Source: an uncultured Nitrososphaerota archaeon (GTDB lineage Archaea; Asgardarchaeota; Njordarchaeia; Njordarchaeales; Panguiarchaeaceae). From it: a stretch of DNA of 35,262 nt. The translations under genes were made by a program, and so were the position numbers. Below the pieces are notes generated by a model. That model ran no database searches. It saw only the letters and a list, made by a program, of their open reading frames with translations, and had not been told where the DNA came from. Below, one piece after another: positions 18,665 through 29,755 of the stretch. The stretch covers positions 1 to 35,262 of the forward strand of contig CAZWPQ010000017.1 in the NCBI GenBank assembly GCA_964636085.1, in the 5' to 3' direction. Numbering within the stretch: the stretch's first letter is position 1; each line of letters opens with the position of its first letter.

Positions 18665-19426
18665 ATGTTGAGTACAAAACCTGATATATCTGCAAAAGTT
18701 GGGAGTGGGGGCATAGAAACATCCGTTGGCTACGGCCCATTGCAACTGACCATACAGAAAGGAGATGTGGGTAGGAAAGTAGGAGGGCTCTTATTGTTGA
18801 TTCTAGGCATCATGGGTATCATCGCTAGTATGAAAATTTCATCGAGTTCCGGCGCCTTTGCCGTGTTAATGCTTAGCCTTATATTCCTTGCCCTAGGGCC
18901 TATACTCATGGCGGCAGGGGGCGGGAGTAGCCGTCCATCGCTTCCGACTCCTCCATCCAGATTATTTAGGAGGCATGATATCATATGTCCGACTAATTGG
19001 GCTAGGGGGAAGGAACGTAAGATCGATGCATCTACAACGGAGAGATTCACTATCAAGGTGCCAGATACAACATTTCTCCATGCATTTCATGTAGGAATTA
19101 GGCACACATTGGAAGATCTGGGATATGTAATACTTACTGATGTCTCGCCTGCAGAGGGCACGCATAAGACTGGGTATTCATCTTCTAGATTACTATTAAG
19201 AGCTGGGATATATGGATATAAGTATAGGAATAGAGACATAGAATTCTGGATTTTGGAGGAGGGAGAACTCATCGATGGAAAGGTAACGGGTATACTTATG
19301 TTGACTGCTGGTTTAAATGTACTAAGAAACAGTTTTTTGGACGAAGGAGAGCGCGATTTCAACAAGGTTATCGAGTACATAAATAGTTCCCTGAACCAAC
19401 ATATTTTTGATAGCAAAGAAATCTAG
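18665..19426 (+). CDS. Hypothetical membrane protein (2 TM, Pro/Gly linker, soluble alpha/beta domain)
   Basis: ORF with TM pair GGLLLLILGIMGIIAS / AFAVLMLSLIFLALGPIL; start uncertain. Confidence 0.7.
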   Translation: MLSTKPDISAKVGSGGIETSVGYGPLQLTIQKGDVGRKVGGLLLLILGIMGIIASMKISSSSGAFAVLMLSLIFLALGPILMAAGGGSSRPSLPTPPSRLFRRHDIICPTNWARGKERKIDASTTERFTIKVPDTTFLHAFHVGIRHTLEDLGYVILTDVSPAEGTHKTGYSSSRLLLRAGIYGYKYRNRDIEFWILEEGELIDGKVTGILMLTAGLNVLRNSFLDEGERDFNKVIEYINSSLNQHIFDSKEI

Positions 19427-19535
19427 CCCTACTCCCAAGTATTTACATGTCCTAAATATTTCTATTTTTTTGTATACTAAGAGGAGAAAATAAAGTTACA
19501 GAGGTACCTTTGAATCATCCTTACCCTGCACGGTC

Positions 19536-20531
19536 ATGACAATGATGAAAGGGTCGATGAACCTATCTTTTTGGTGTGAAAATTACTACCCAAGTAGATT
19601 AGTGACCCAGCGAGTGCTAAAGTTGATTACACAATATAATATCGATCTAATTCTGGCGACGAGGCTAGATAGACTAGACGATAATATGTGTACATTGATA
19701 AGGGCACTGATCGATGTAGATGGAATACTTGGAGTTTGGGTATTATTGGATGAAAAATTTGGATACTGGCCAAACATTCAAAATGCAAGACTTTTTAGGG
19801 CTACCATAGCAAGAATATGCGAATGGTTGTTTGGAAAAAACCTTGAAATCAGACATATAGTGTTTGATTTAGAGCCACCGATCTTCATCACTAGGAGTAT
19901 CAGTCGACTACGGGCCGATCTGCTACATGTTTTCTCATATATGAAGAAATGTATCAAGTATCATGACAAGAACATTTTATACTTTCATGAAGCCGCAGAC
20001 CTCGTGAGGAGTTATGGTGCCTCGGTCTTTGTGGTGGTGCCTGATTTTCTATTCGAGATGGACGAAAAAGTAGCCATAGAGTTTTCGAGGATACTGGGGA
20101 TACCCGTATTCGACATAGGTTTTGATGTTATCTCGACGATGACATACAATAGTATTATTCATGGCCTTTTCAAGGTTCCCTATGGCGTGCTTAGATATAG
20201 GATGTACCGAGTTATGAGGAATTGCATAGAGAAGTATGGCGCCGGATATGTTCCTTCAATAGGGGCTATTTGGAGAGGAATACTTGGAAATGAACCAATA
20301 TATTCCTCCCCCAAAGAGATCTCCCGTGATGTGTCTATAATAAAATATCTGGGGATAAATAGGGTATTGGTCTATAATTTTGAGGGAATATTGAACAGAA
20401 GGAATGAGGGCGAATGGTTAGGCGCCATGATCAATACCAAACCCGCTCGGCCGAAAGAGAGTATTACATATGAGATCTTTAGGAGAATAATGAAGGAACA
20501 TGCCAAAAGAATAATAGATATCTTTAAATGA
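19536..20531 (+). CDS. Hypothetical protein, possible TIM-barrel glycoside-hydrolase-like fold
   Basis: 331 aa with alternating beta/alpha pattern, GYWPN, HIVFDLEPP and STMTY; fold is inferred. Confidence 0.6.
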   Translation: MTMMKGSMNLSFWCENYYPSRLVTQRVLKLITQYNIDLILATRLDRLDDNMCTLIRALIDVDGILGVWVLLDEKFGYWPNIQNARLFRATIARICEWLFGKNLEIRHIVFDLEPPIFITRSISRLRADLLHVFSYMKKCIKYHDKNILYFHEAADLVRSYGASVFVVVPDFLFEMDEKVAIEFSRILGIPVFDIGFDVISTMTYNSIIHGLFKVPYGVLRYRMYRVMRNCIEKYGAGYVPSIGAIWRGILGNEPIYSSPKEISRDVSIIKYLGINRVLVYNFEGILNRRNEGEWLGAMINTKPARPKESITYEIFRRIMKEHAKRIIDIFK

Positions 20532-20568
20532 GTTCCTAGTAATTATTTAATATTAGTAGTAGGGCTGT

Positions 20569-21591
20569 ATGTGCTTGGAAGAACAGATCCTCTCACCTGA
20601 AGAAAAATTGGGCCTATTCACCAGATACCTCGAAAATCGGGATCCGAGAGCATTGGAAATGTTCTCGAGAAATTCATCAACAAATCAACTACTTACTTTC
20701 CTACAGTCAGCACCCTTCAAAAGCACAAACTACATCGTGAGGATAGGAGAATACATAGTAATCAAAAACTATGAGCTTCCAAGAGACAACATCTTTATCG
20801 TTGGTCTCGATGATAATTATAGATTCTTCTGCCACAGGCTGGCAATAGGAAATAGAAGCCTAAATCTAGAAGAATTAGACGAAAAGCAGATAAGGAACCT
20901 AATGGGTTTTGATTATCATGCATGGGAAATGAAGCCAACGATGTTTAGGGATGGTGTGAGGGTAAGGATTCAGGGCGACGTAGTACTTCGTTTTGCCCGT
21001 GTATTTAGAAGCGAAGAGGAACTCTATGCATATCTATGCCTAGGAGTGTTCCTAGAAATTGCAAATATTAGAGTACTCCTTCCAGAAAGGGTTTCTTGGG
21101 AACTTAGAAGGAGAATAAGTACAATAGCCGAAAATTTTGATTGTTATGAAGACCCAATAGGTATACTCAAGAACATACTGAGTGGCGTCTATATTGTACC
21201 ACCAATCTACCAGGATCGTATTAATGAAGAAGTATATAGAGTCATGCAGAACATCAGACACTTAGAACACAGACTAAATATAGTCGTTGGGAATCACAGA
21301 ATACAAATAATAGGTGTTAGAGGACAAGATATAACAAATTCATTCCAGATAAAAGATAGTATTCTTGAAGAACGAAACTCTATCCTTATTCTCCGTCAAC
21401 AGGACATTTTAGCGATGCATGATGAACACAGAACATCGACACTCCATGTGCCGAGATCAATAGTGCAACTTACCACGCTAGCAGGGTCTAACCTACAGAT
21501 AACACGAGAGCGAGCGGAGGAATGGCCAAGAACAAAAGAACTTGTCTCAGAAAAAATTATAAAGGAGTTAAGTAACATGTTGGGATTCTAG
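20569..21591 (+). CDS. Hypothetical protein with QGD...GxH...HxEH motif set
   Basis: 340-aa ORF containing RIQGDVV, VGNHRI and AMHDEH. Confidence 0.7.
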   Translation: MCLEEQILSPEEKLGLFTRYLENRDPRALEMFSRNSSTNQLLTFLQSAPFKSTNYIVRIGEYIVIKNYELPRDNIFIVGLDDNYRFFCHRLAIGNRSLNLEELDEKQIRNLMGFDYHAWEMKPTMFRDGVRVRIQGDVVLRFARVFRSEEELYAYLCLGVFLEIANIRVLLPERVSWELRRRISTIAENFDCYEDPIGILKNILSGVYIVPPIYQDRINEEVYRVMQNIRHLEHRLNIVVGNHRIQIIGVRGQDITNSFQIKDSILEERNSILILRQQDILAMHDEHRTSTLHVPRSIVQLTTLAGSNLQITRERAEEWPRTKELVSEKIIKELSNMLGF

Positions 21592-21594
21592 ATC

Positions 21595-22031
21595 CTATTC
21601 CTCCCCTATTATCTTCTTTTTATAATATTCATAAAGCGCATCAAAATACGGGAGACTCTAATTCCATTTTCTTATAGTCATCATCAACCAAATAATGAAA
21701 ACCATGGGGTACAGCCCTTAATCCTGCAGATTTCGGCGTAATATTAATGTCCTCAGGGATATCAGCGCCATGAATAATCTTAGCCATATATTCCAGGGCT
21801 GGATCCTTAATGTTATATTTCTCCATCATTACTTCAAATGTATACTTCCCATCTCTATGATGTAATTCGGCACCTAGAGTATCAAGGGGTATTACATTCT
21901 CCTTCTTAGCTACCTACAACACCTTCTCAGGGCACAAATAAGAATTCGGCGTCCGGATCTATAAATCTCTTAATCAGCCATGGGCACACTATCCTTTCTA
22001 CCTTGGCCTTCTCGTTAGTTACCCACTTCAT
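21595..22031 (-). pseudogene. Chromate-resistance ChrB-domain protein, disrupted
   Basis: MKWVT...RIVCPWLIKRFIDPDAEFLFV, frameshift, in-frame TAG, GAELHHRDGKYTFE...IIHGADI, then a second frameshift before DALYEY. Confidence 0.85.
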
Positions 22032-22385
22032 TTTAGCCACACTCTTATAACATTACCAAAATGACAAATAAATCATGTCATCATTTTAATACAACCGTAA
22101 TCCCACTTTACTACCATCATAAATTAAAATCCCAATGCATTTTATCCATAAACAACCCCCAATTGAAAACCAGAAAGTTTGGTCAACAAGACGAATACAT
22201 AGAACTCTTGCATGGCGTAGTCATTAGCTAAATTCACATCAAAAATAGTGATGAAAATCCTATCCCTAAAAACAACTTGAGCGATTTTTTCAACTGATCG
22301 CCACATCATAAATTAGTACATAATGAATATCCACAGTCCCACAGATGGTCTAGACAACTTGCTTTGCCAAAAAGATATGAATTAT

Positions 22386-23651
22386 TTATTTGTTGTTATT
22401 GGTACTTGGCATTGTTCTACCGGTAGCCAATTTGAGTAATATTATGGCAATAGCCTGCATGACTACTGAGTATATTATCGCGTAGAGCATATATATCGAG
22501 TCTCCAGCGGCCATGTCTAAGAAGAATCCCATAACTACTCCGGACACTAAAAACCCTAGTCCATAGACCGTGTTGAAAATTCCATACCCAGTCCCCCTCT
22601 TCGATATGCCAGTCAGATCTGCTACTGCTGCCCTATAGATAGACTCTTGCATTCCAAGTATTACCCCAAATAGTCCTGTTGCCAATAATATCAGGTAAAT
22701 AGGCGAAATACTGATAATATCTATGAATACGAGAGATATGAATAATGTTGGTAATACTGATAGGAAAAACGGCACCAATAAAACTTTGATACCGTGCTTA
22801 TCATAGGCAGCACCAGATATAGGCGCCGACACAGCATCTATTCCCTGCACAAACAGATATAGTAAGGGGACAAGCCATAGAGATTCCTCCAGTATACTTG
22901 TGGACAAATATAGTATTAGGGCTATATGCAACAGACCAGCAGTATTCAACATTACAGCCAAGGAATAGAAATAGAAGTTTTTCCCAAGCTTCTCCTCTTT
23001 ATGGATTTGTGCCGCCATCTTTAATGCATCTGCAGTTGGTTCTCTTAGTCGGAGATATCCACTAAAAAGCACCATTATCATTATTACATATGGAATAAAC
23101 ATAAATAGGAATGCCGTATGTAGTTGTTTTAACGGTTCATAATTTTTGCCAGATGTATAGTATATTATAGAGGCCATTATCAATGGCCCAACTGTAGCCC
23201 CAATTTGATCAAATAATTCGTGAAGACCAAATGCTTTACCTCTACCAATCCCACTTGTGGTGACCGAGATTAATGTATCCCTAGCCGGTGTCCTAATGGC
23301 TTTTCCCACTCTCTCTAGAACCACAAGAATTATCGCTAATTTCCAACTGTAGGCAAAAGCGAGAAGTGGTATTGCTATTATTAATCCATATCCCATAGCT
23401 GTCAGTGCCCAATAAGCTTTGGTGGTATCTGCCACATATCCAGACACTAACCTAAGCGAGTAGCCTAGAAATTCCCCAAGACCAATAGCCAACCCGACCA
23501 CAATTGCTGGTGTTTCCAATATCTCGAGAAGGGTAGGTATAGAACTCCTTGCCCCCTCATATATTATGTCGCCGAAGAGGCTTATAAAGCCAAAGATTAT
23601 TATTGCGGTCTTGGCCAGCTTGGTAGGTTCGACTTGATGATGATCCGACAA
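22386..23651 (-). CDS. MFS transporter
   Basis: About 12 TM; FGDIIYEGARS, ERVGKAIRTPARD, GKAFGLHELFDQIGA, RGTGYGIFN. Start placed at TTG 23651. Confidence 0.9.
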   Translation of the reverse strand: MSDHHQVEPTKLAKTAIIIFGFISLFGDIIYEGARSSIPTLLEILETPAIVVGLAIGLGEFLGYSLRLVSGYVADTTKAYWALTAMGYGLIIAIPLLAFAYSWKLAIILVVLERVGKAIRTPARDTLISVTTSGIGRGKAFGLHELFDQIGATVGPLIMASIIYYTSGKNYEPLKQLHTAFLFMFIPYVIMIMVLFSGYLRLREPTADALKMAAQIHKEEKLGKNFYFYSLAVMLNTAGLLHIALILYLSTSILEESLWLVPLLYLFVQGIDAVSAPISGAAYDKHGIKVLLVPFFLSVLPTLFISLVFIDIISISPIYLILLATGLFGVILGMQESIYRAAVADLTGISKRGTGYGIFNTVYGLGFLVSGVVMGFFLDMAAGDSIYMLYAIIYSVVMQAIAIILLKLATGRTMPSTNNNK

Positions 23652-23760
23652 CTTTCTACACCACAGTCGATAGATATATATGTAGTATAAGATAGAATAT
23701 AAATATATTCGTATTGGAAAACTAGATTTACGTGAGGGAGAACGCTTGACCATTTGGCGA

Positions 23761-24513
23761 ATGAGGAAGAGTCTTGCAGACCCAAAATTATCTATGTATC
23801 TAAAGCTTGTGGTTCCAACGACAAGGACATATGTGCTGGCCCTAATCGGCATCGTGGGATTAATGATCTATCTACTAAATTCCATGCTCTGGAGAGTTGA
23901 CCATTTCAACACTCTTTCCCCCGGGATTACAAAGAATTTACAGGAAATGATAGGTACAAATGGCATATTTGCTGTTTTTGCCTCGATGTATTACTTCTTT
24001 ATCTTTGCTACAAATTTAGCACTTGTCATTATCTCGGCATATTTCGCCCCATATTATGGTAAACATAAGACATCCCCATGGCTCTACATTGTCGGTATAT
24101 ATCTCGTATGGTTCGTGGACATGATATTCTATGTTATTTATCCAGTAGCACCACCAATAAGATATAACTCGGGAGTAGTTAGGATCCGACAAAACTACAT
24201 GCCTTGGTCTGACACACTTATTGGAATGAAGTATAATGCGTTTCCAAGCGGCCATATAATGTATTTAACATGTGGGTTATACATAGGGATGAGAGAAAAA
24301 ATAAAGAAACTTGAGCTATGGTATCTTATTAATCTTATCCTGACCTCATTCGTCGTTCTTTACCTTGGTGAGCACTATATCCATGATCTCGTCTCTGGCT
24401 TCATTGTTGCACTATCTATAATGGGCATATTCATACCCTATGCGGAGATGAAAGGCTTTCTAGCGTTGCCCAAGGAGGTATTAGAGATATGTGGACAGGA
24501 CTATATGAGATAA
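23761..24513 (+). CDS. PAP2-superfamily membrane phosphatase/phosphotransferase (Aur1/IPC-synthase-like motifs)
   Basis: YPVAPP, AFPSGH and LYLGEHYIHDL motifs in a multi-TM protein. Confidence 0.85.
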   Translation: MRKSLADPKLSMYLKLVVPTTRTYVLALIGIVGLMIYLLNSMLWRVDHFNTLSPGITKNLQEMIGTNGIFAVFASMYYFFIFATNLALVIISAYFAPYYGKHKTSPWLYIVGIYLVWFVDMIFYVIYPVAPPIRYNSGVVRIRQNYMPWSDTLIGMKYNAFPSGHIMYLTCGLYIGMREKIKKLELWYLINLILTSFVVLYLGEHYIHDLVSGFIVALSIMGIFIPYAEMKGFLALPKEVLEICGQDYMR

Positions 24514-26432
24514 TACCATCGGAGAACTCGAGAGATCGTATAGTATATGCAACGGAGAATTTGAAGATAGTTGAGAGAAGTTGGAGTGCTAATAGAGTAT
24601 TCCATTTCCGTGTCAGGTTCAATATAAAACCAAAATACTGGATGATTCCAGGCGTCGTATATAATGGAAATATGCTTGGATCAGGGAGATTTCCTAGGCC
24701 CAGATTTTCCTCAAACTGGTTTTTTAGAGAGGACAGATGTACACTGCCCTCTGGAGTAATAATCGAGGACAATAAATTTGTGTTATCCGTATTTACGGAG
24801 CCAGCAAAAACAACGGATGAGTTATCGTCTGTATCCATACAGAACAACATTATCGTCATAAGAATCCCCTGGATGGAGACACCGCTGAGATATACGAGCA
24901 AGGGAAAATTTACGAGGGGAGAAACAACATACTTTGATGAGCCCACCACGTATACTAGACGATTCTACATAATCAATGCGCCATATAGAGAGCTTGGCTA
25001 TGAGAATGGATACTCCTACGTACTTAGGAGGGCATGGGAGATATTCGGTAGGAGGGAAGCAATCAATAGAGAAATTGTGCAGAGATATATCGAACTAAAA
25101 ACAAGATTCGCCCTAGACGTACACTATTACGAAGATGGTAAAGTAGCCGGATTCCTCCAATTCGTCATGCCAAATACACCACTCTGCGGAAGCTCCATAT
25201 CAGCGGGCTTCACTGGCAAATCAATGGAGATGGCCCTAGCCCTATACAGAATCTACCTACTCAATGGTGATGAGAGAATAAAAAATATCGCGTTTAATGT
25301 GGCGAATTTTCATTGTGTCGGTCTACTAAAAAGTGGACTGATATATACTGACTATAGCCTAGCGAGAAAGAAGTGGTATGGATACTTCCCAAAGAAATGC
25401 AGAAACATAAATACTAGGCAAGTAGGAGAGACAATATACTCCCTCTTGAGGCTTTATCAAATAGCTAAAAACAAAGGCGAACAAAAAGAAAAATGGCTGA
25501 TAATATCAAAGAAAATCGGGGACTTCCTCGTAGCAAAACAATGCGAAGATGGCTCCTTCTACTCTTGGTGGACACCAACAGGCGTTGGATTAACGCGCGG
25601 AGGCACCAACGGTGCCTATGCCATATGGTTGCTTGCTGAACTATACCGTATTACACAGGATCAAAAATATCTAAAAACAACGGAAAAAGCAATAGTGTAT
25701 TACATTAAACAAATAATAGATAATAACAGGTACTGGGGCGACACACTGGATGCAGACTGCATAGATAAAGAAGCTGGCCACGCCCTATTACGGGCATGTG
25801 TCCTAATGTATGAGATTACGAGGAATGAATCATATTTAGATGCCGCCAAAAGAGCGGCCTATTACATATTATCATGGATGTTTTTCTGGGATGTGCCCTT
25901 TGACGAAAAGACAATTCTTGGTAAAATAAAATTCAGGACTTTTGGATGGACTGCGGTTTCTGTCGAAAACCTACATTTGGATCCCTATGGCCTAATAATG
26001 GCCCCGGATTTTATTAAAATCTTCAAATATACAGGGGATAGATTTTGGCTAGATATCGCCATTTCAATGGCCAGGCCTGTGTTAGGTTTTATTTCGAAAA
26101 AACCTGGCCAGTTGGGAGCCAACAAAATATTCGTGGGTTTCCAGCCAGAACAGATATATCATACGGACTGGACGTATAATTCTCTGTTGAATATTGTGCT
26201 TAATATCTTTCAGTGTGGATGTATAGACATAAAGAGGCTCATGCGGGGGAAAGGTTTCTTTGCTAATAACGTTTTCTGGGTTGTTGCTGGATGTCTAAAC
26301 GCCGCTCTGGACTTGGCCGAACTGATGGGGATAAAACTCGGTAAAATAGTGATAAGGCGTAGCGGAGGGATAAGATACAGAATCTTTAAAGCAATAAGGG
26401 ACTTCATAGCTAGAATAAATCCAATAATATAG
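24489..26432 (+). CDS. Hypothetical (alpha/alpha)6-barrel glycosidase-like protein with N-terminal beta-sandwich
   Basis: 647 aa with repeated L-x-x-LY-x-x-T-x-D/N-x-x-Y/W-L helical hairpins, QCEDGSF and DTLDADCIDKEAG; overlaps the PAP2 gene by 25 nt. Confidence 0.7.
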   Translation: MWTGLYEIIPSENSRDRIVYATENLKIVERSWSANRVFHFRVRFNIKPKYWMIPGVVYNGNMLGSGRFPRPRFSSNWFFREDRCTLPSGVIIEDNKFVLSVFTEPAKTTDELSSVSIQNNIIVIRIPWMETPLRYTSKGKFTRGETTYFDEPTTYTRRFYIINAPYRELGYENGYSYVLRRAWEIFGRREAINREIVQRYIELKTRFALDVHYYEDGKVAGFLQFVMPNTPLCGSSISAGFTGKSMEMALALYRIYLLNGDERIKNIAFNVANFHCVGLLKSGLIYTDYSLARKKWYGYFPKKCRNINTRQVGETIYSLLRLYQIAKNKGEQKEKWLIISKKIGDFLVAKQCEDGSFYSWWTPTGVGLTRGGTNGAYAIWLLAELYRITQDQKYLKTTEKAIVYYIKQIIDNNRYWGDTLDADCIDKEAGHALLRACVLMYEITRNESYLDAAKRAAYYILSWMFFWDVPFDEKTILGKIKFRTFGWTAVSVENLHLDPYGLIMAPDFIKIFKYTGDRFWLDIAISMARPVLGFISKKPGQLGANKIFVGFQPEQIYHTDWTYNSLLNIVLNIFQCGCIDIKRLMRGKGFFANNVFWVVAGCLNAALDLAELMGIKLGKIVIRRSGGIRYRIFKAIRDFIARINPII

Positions 26433-26529
26433 CCGACAATAATGCCTTACCTATCCATGATGAGGAGTATCATCAATGATTAGCGATTCTCTAAGGGGAT
26501 TCTCTACTAGGCAGAGATAATGGAGTACA

Positions 26530-27096
26530 TTAGATACTCACTACAGAGAGGGAGCTCAGAATAAGAAATATTCCTAGGAATACAAATAGTGCGGACACTA
26601 AAAACTTTGTTTTCCTCTCATCCAAATGTCTACCAGCTCTACAGCCCAAAACAACTGTGATTAAAGTTACTACTAGGAAAGCAAATATCGCCAATAGGAA
26701 CGCCACGAATGGATCGCCATATAGGGCGGAGAGTATAACTATGGATATCTGCGTCTTATCACCCAACTCTAGAAGGAATATAACGAGGGAATTACTTATG
26801 ACCCCTCCAGAGAAATTATGGGCCTCATCATTTCTGGATACTAACGAGAGAATCCCAAACAAAATGAAGACTGCTCCTCCAACGAGCATAAGTATATTCC
26901 TATCCAACAGTCCCCCGAGTGTAGTTCCAATAGCTACAGATATAACCGTTGCGAGGGCTAAGCCCAATAGACATGATATCACTGCCAATGAAATATTCCT
27001 AGTTCTCATAGAAACAGCAAGGGCGCCAAGTTGGGTTTTATCTCCTAGCTCTGCCACAAATACCGTCGAAAAAATCATCAATGGATCAATATGCAT
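26530..27096 (-). CDS. TMEM165/GDT1 (UPF0016) family Ca2+/Mn2+ transporter
   Basis: Two ELGDKTQ motifs in inverted TM halves. Confidence 0.93.
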   Translation of the reverse strand: MHIDPLMIFSTVFVAELGDKTQLGALAVSMRTRNISLAVISCLLGLALATVISVAIGTTLGGLLDRNILMLVGGAVFILFGILSLVSRNDEAHNFSGGVISNSLVIFLLELGDKTQISIVILSALYGDPFVAFLLAIFAFLVVTLITVVLGCRAGRHLDERKTKFLVSALFVFLGIFLILSSLSVVSI

Positions 27097-27217
27097 CAAA
27101 TTCACCCTCAATGATATAACAAAAATGCTACATATTATCTAGTAAACACATTATGGAAATCTAAAGCCCTAAAAAATAGTAAGTGAAAACCTTTTCGTTC
27201 CATGCATATTAAAATTT

Positions 27218-29569
27218 TTACTTTCGCCGCTTCCAATAGAATACAGATCCTATCAATGCAAAAACAACTACTGGCACAATTATCCAAATAAATGAAATTT
27301 CTTTCGGATAACTACCTGGATCCAGAGGATCTGTTCCTTTCTCAACTTCCACGCCGTCATAGTATCCATCTCCATCTGTGTCTGGGTTCGTTGGATCGGT
27401 ACTATGCGTATATTCATCACGATTTACTAGGCCATCATTATCAGGATCCTCCTGTCCGTCGTCTACAGTGGGGTCAAGATCATAGGTTACTTCCCAACCA
27501 TCAGGCATACCGTCACCGTCAGTATCGCTGTTGAGTGGGTCTGTTCCTAGATTGTATTCTTGGAGATTTGTCAATCCATCACCATCCATATCTTCAGAGG
27601 AATCTCTTCTCAGGGGATCAAGTCCATATAGAACTTCCCATCCATCAGGCATACCATCACGGTCTGTATCGTTTTTTACTGGATTAGTATTATAAGTATC
27701 GACTTCATCACCATCCGTGAGGCCATCATTATCTGTATCATTATTCTGTGGATCTGTTTCGTATAGATATTCCCGCAGATTACTTAGTCCATCTCCATCC
27801 AAATCTTCCAACGAGTCATTTCTAAGGGGGTCCAGCCCATGTTGTATTTCCCAATAGTCGGGCATGCGATCAAAATCTGTATCACTACTTGTTGGGTCGG
27901 TATTATAGATATACTCTTGGATATTCGTTATACCGTCAGAATCCCAATCCTCCAGCGAGTTATCCTCAAAGGGGTTCAATCCATACAACACCTCCCATCC
28001 ATCGGGTATACCGTCAAGATCAGTATCCATGTTCGTTAGGTTTGTACCGAATACATCCTCCTCGATATCGTTTAATCCATCATTGTCAATGTCATGTATG
28101 ATATATTGCTCGATCTTATCGATTAGAGGCATCGTGTCATTCTGGTAGGGAACATCCCCAATACCATCACCATTTGTGTCGTTCCCAGAATATTTGCTCC
28201 AGTGGTTACCCGTTCTATTGCTCCAATCATTACCACCATAAGTATATGAGATACTCTCGTTTGAGACAAATATATTTCCAGTAAATTGATTCACATGATA
28301 TGTGTTGCTGATAAAGTTGTTAAAGAAAATGCTGTTATTATATGCATTATTGAAATCTATTCCATAGGTGCTATGTTGAAGCGTATTGCCGACAATAATA
28401 CATAACTGAGAGTCTTCGAGTAGGATGTTTGCGCTAGAAAGATCGATATAATTCGCATAGACGATGCATTTCGTGCTACTTATAATTATCCCACGGGCCG
28501 ATGTATTAACCAGTATGTTGTGGCTAATAATGTTTTTTGAGGACATATAGAGATTTATACCGTATAGGCAATCCCTTATATCATTATTTTTGATGACATT
28601 TCCATTGTTGGAGTATCGTAATTCTATAGATGATGTCCCCCCACTAAGAGTGTTATAGTATACCCGACTAGATGACGAATACTCCAAGCTGATCCCAATA
28701 TTTTCGCTTATAACACTATTATTACTTACTATGGTCTTATTGGAGTATTGCACCCGAGCCCCTATAGGTCCTCTAATAGAGTTAGAGTATATATAGTTGA
28801 GGCAGGAGAATTCGACAGATATGCCTGCATATTCGTCCTCAATATCATTGTGGTGAACAAAATTATTCTCGGAGTAGCTTATATCGATGCTATATACCGC
28901 ATCAGTAAATGTGTTCCAGAATATATAATTGCTGGATGAATACTCAAGCAAAACCCCTCTATACCCATCCATCTCGATGTTATTATTATATATAAAGCTC
29001 ATGGATGAGTTATAGACATATATGCCATAGTCGCAACCAGAAATTGTACAATTACGTATATAGGTCTTTGAGGAATGGTTAAGATATACCCCATAGTACC
29101 AATTTTCGAGCCTAATATTCTTTATGACCACATTCTTTGATCTCAGCACATAGATCCCATATCCAAAATAATTGCTACTAGAAGCATTGACCACATGGCC
29201 ATCGCCATCTAACACTACATTATTCGCCATGATGTAAATGCATGTAGAGTACCCGCAATTAACTATGTCCTCAGTAAGTTTATAGTGCCCAGGGGCACAA
29301 ATAACCATATAGGCATGCACTAGACCCCTTGTAGACATCCGTGCGGAACAATATCCGCTATTTAGGATAATACCAGATCTATAGCCATTAGCACGTAGAT
29401 AAGTATGGCCCCCAGGCTCTATTCTTATTATTGGAGATCTCTCATATCCAGCATAGTGGCTGCCAGATATATTATATCTAATGTTATCAAATAACGATAC
29501 AAGAGAGGCAAACATCAGAAGTGACAAAATTAAAAACTGGGAAGTCCTAAAGTGAGGTGCCAATTTCAT
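27218..29569 (-). CDS. Surface protein: NosD/CASH-like beta-helix, Ca-binding DxDxDG (TSP3-like) repeats, C-terminal TM anchor
   Basis: Signal peptide, VVLDGDGH, GIxLxxSSxNxIxxN repeats, GNHWSKY...DTNGDGIGD, eleven DxDxDG/R repeats, TM then KRRK. Confidence 0.88.
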   Translation of the reverse strand: MKLAPHFRTSQFLILSLLMFASLVSLFDNIRYNISGSHYAGYERSPIIRIEPGGHTYLRANGYRSGIILNSGYCSARMSTRGLVHAYMVICAPGHYKLTEDIVNCGYSTCIYIMANNVVLDGDGHVVNASSSNYFGYGIYVLRSKNVVIKNIRLENWYYGVYLNHSSKTYIRNCTISGCDYGIYVYNSSMSFIYNNNIEMDGYRGVLLEYSSSNYIFWNTFTDAVYSIDISYSENNFVHHNDIEDEYAGISVEFSCLNYIYSNSIRGPIGARVQYSNKTIVSNNSVISENIGISLEYSSSSRVYYNTLSGGTSSIELRYSNNGNVIKNNDIRDCLYGINLYMSSKNIISHNILVNTSARGIIISSTKCIVYANYIDLSSANILLEDSQLCIIVGNTLQHSTYGIDFNNAYNNSIFFNNFISNTYHVNQFTGNIFVSNESISYTYGGNDWSNRTGNHWSKYSGNDTNGDGIGDVPYQNDTMPLIDKIEQYIIHDIDNDGLNDIEEDVFGTNLTNMDTDLDGIPDGWEVLYGLNPFEDNSLEDWDSDGITNIQEYIYNTDPTSSDTDFDRMPDYWEIQHGLDPLRNDSLEDLDGDGLSNLREYLYETDPQNNDTDNDGLTDGDEVDTYNTNPVKNDTDRDGMPDGWEVLYGLDPLRRDSSEDMDGDGLTNLQEYNLGTDPLNSDTDGDGMPDGWEVTYDLDPTVDDGQEDPDNDGLVNRDEYTHSTDPTNPDTDGDGYYDGVEVEKGTDPLDPGSYPKEISFIWIIVPVVVFALIGSVFYWKRRK

Positions 29570-29755
29570 ACACCCACAACTACATAACAAGCAAATATAA
29601 AAAAATTATTTCCCGTATAGATTCTATAAAAAATATTTATAATAGCATGGTGAGTTTAAGAAATTATGGATCATTTTCCCGATATACGGGTATGGAGAAA
29701 AGTTTATATTCTCTTATATTCCTAGTTTAGTATGGCCTTGAATTTGGCCTGTTTT

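Noticed and set aside
21910-21920. Pyrrolysine or stop-codon read-through at in-frame TAGs (chrB, also 3082-3084)
   Set aside because: Both occur in genes with additional frameshifts or truncation, and intact genes here use TAG as a normal stop.
23652-23852. Long overlap between the MFS and PAP2 ORFs
   Set aside because: An artefact of maximal ORF extension; plausible starts at 23651 (-) and 23761 (+) leave a divergent AT-rich promoter gap.
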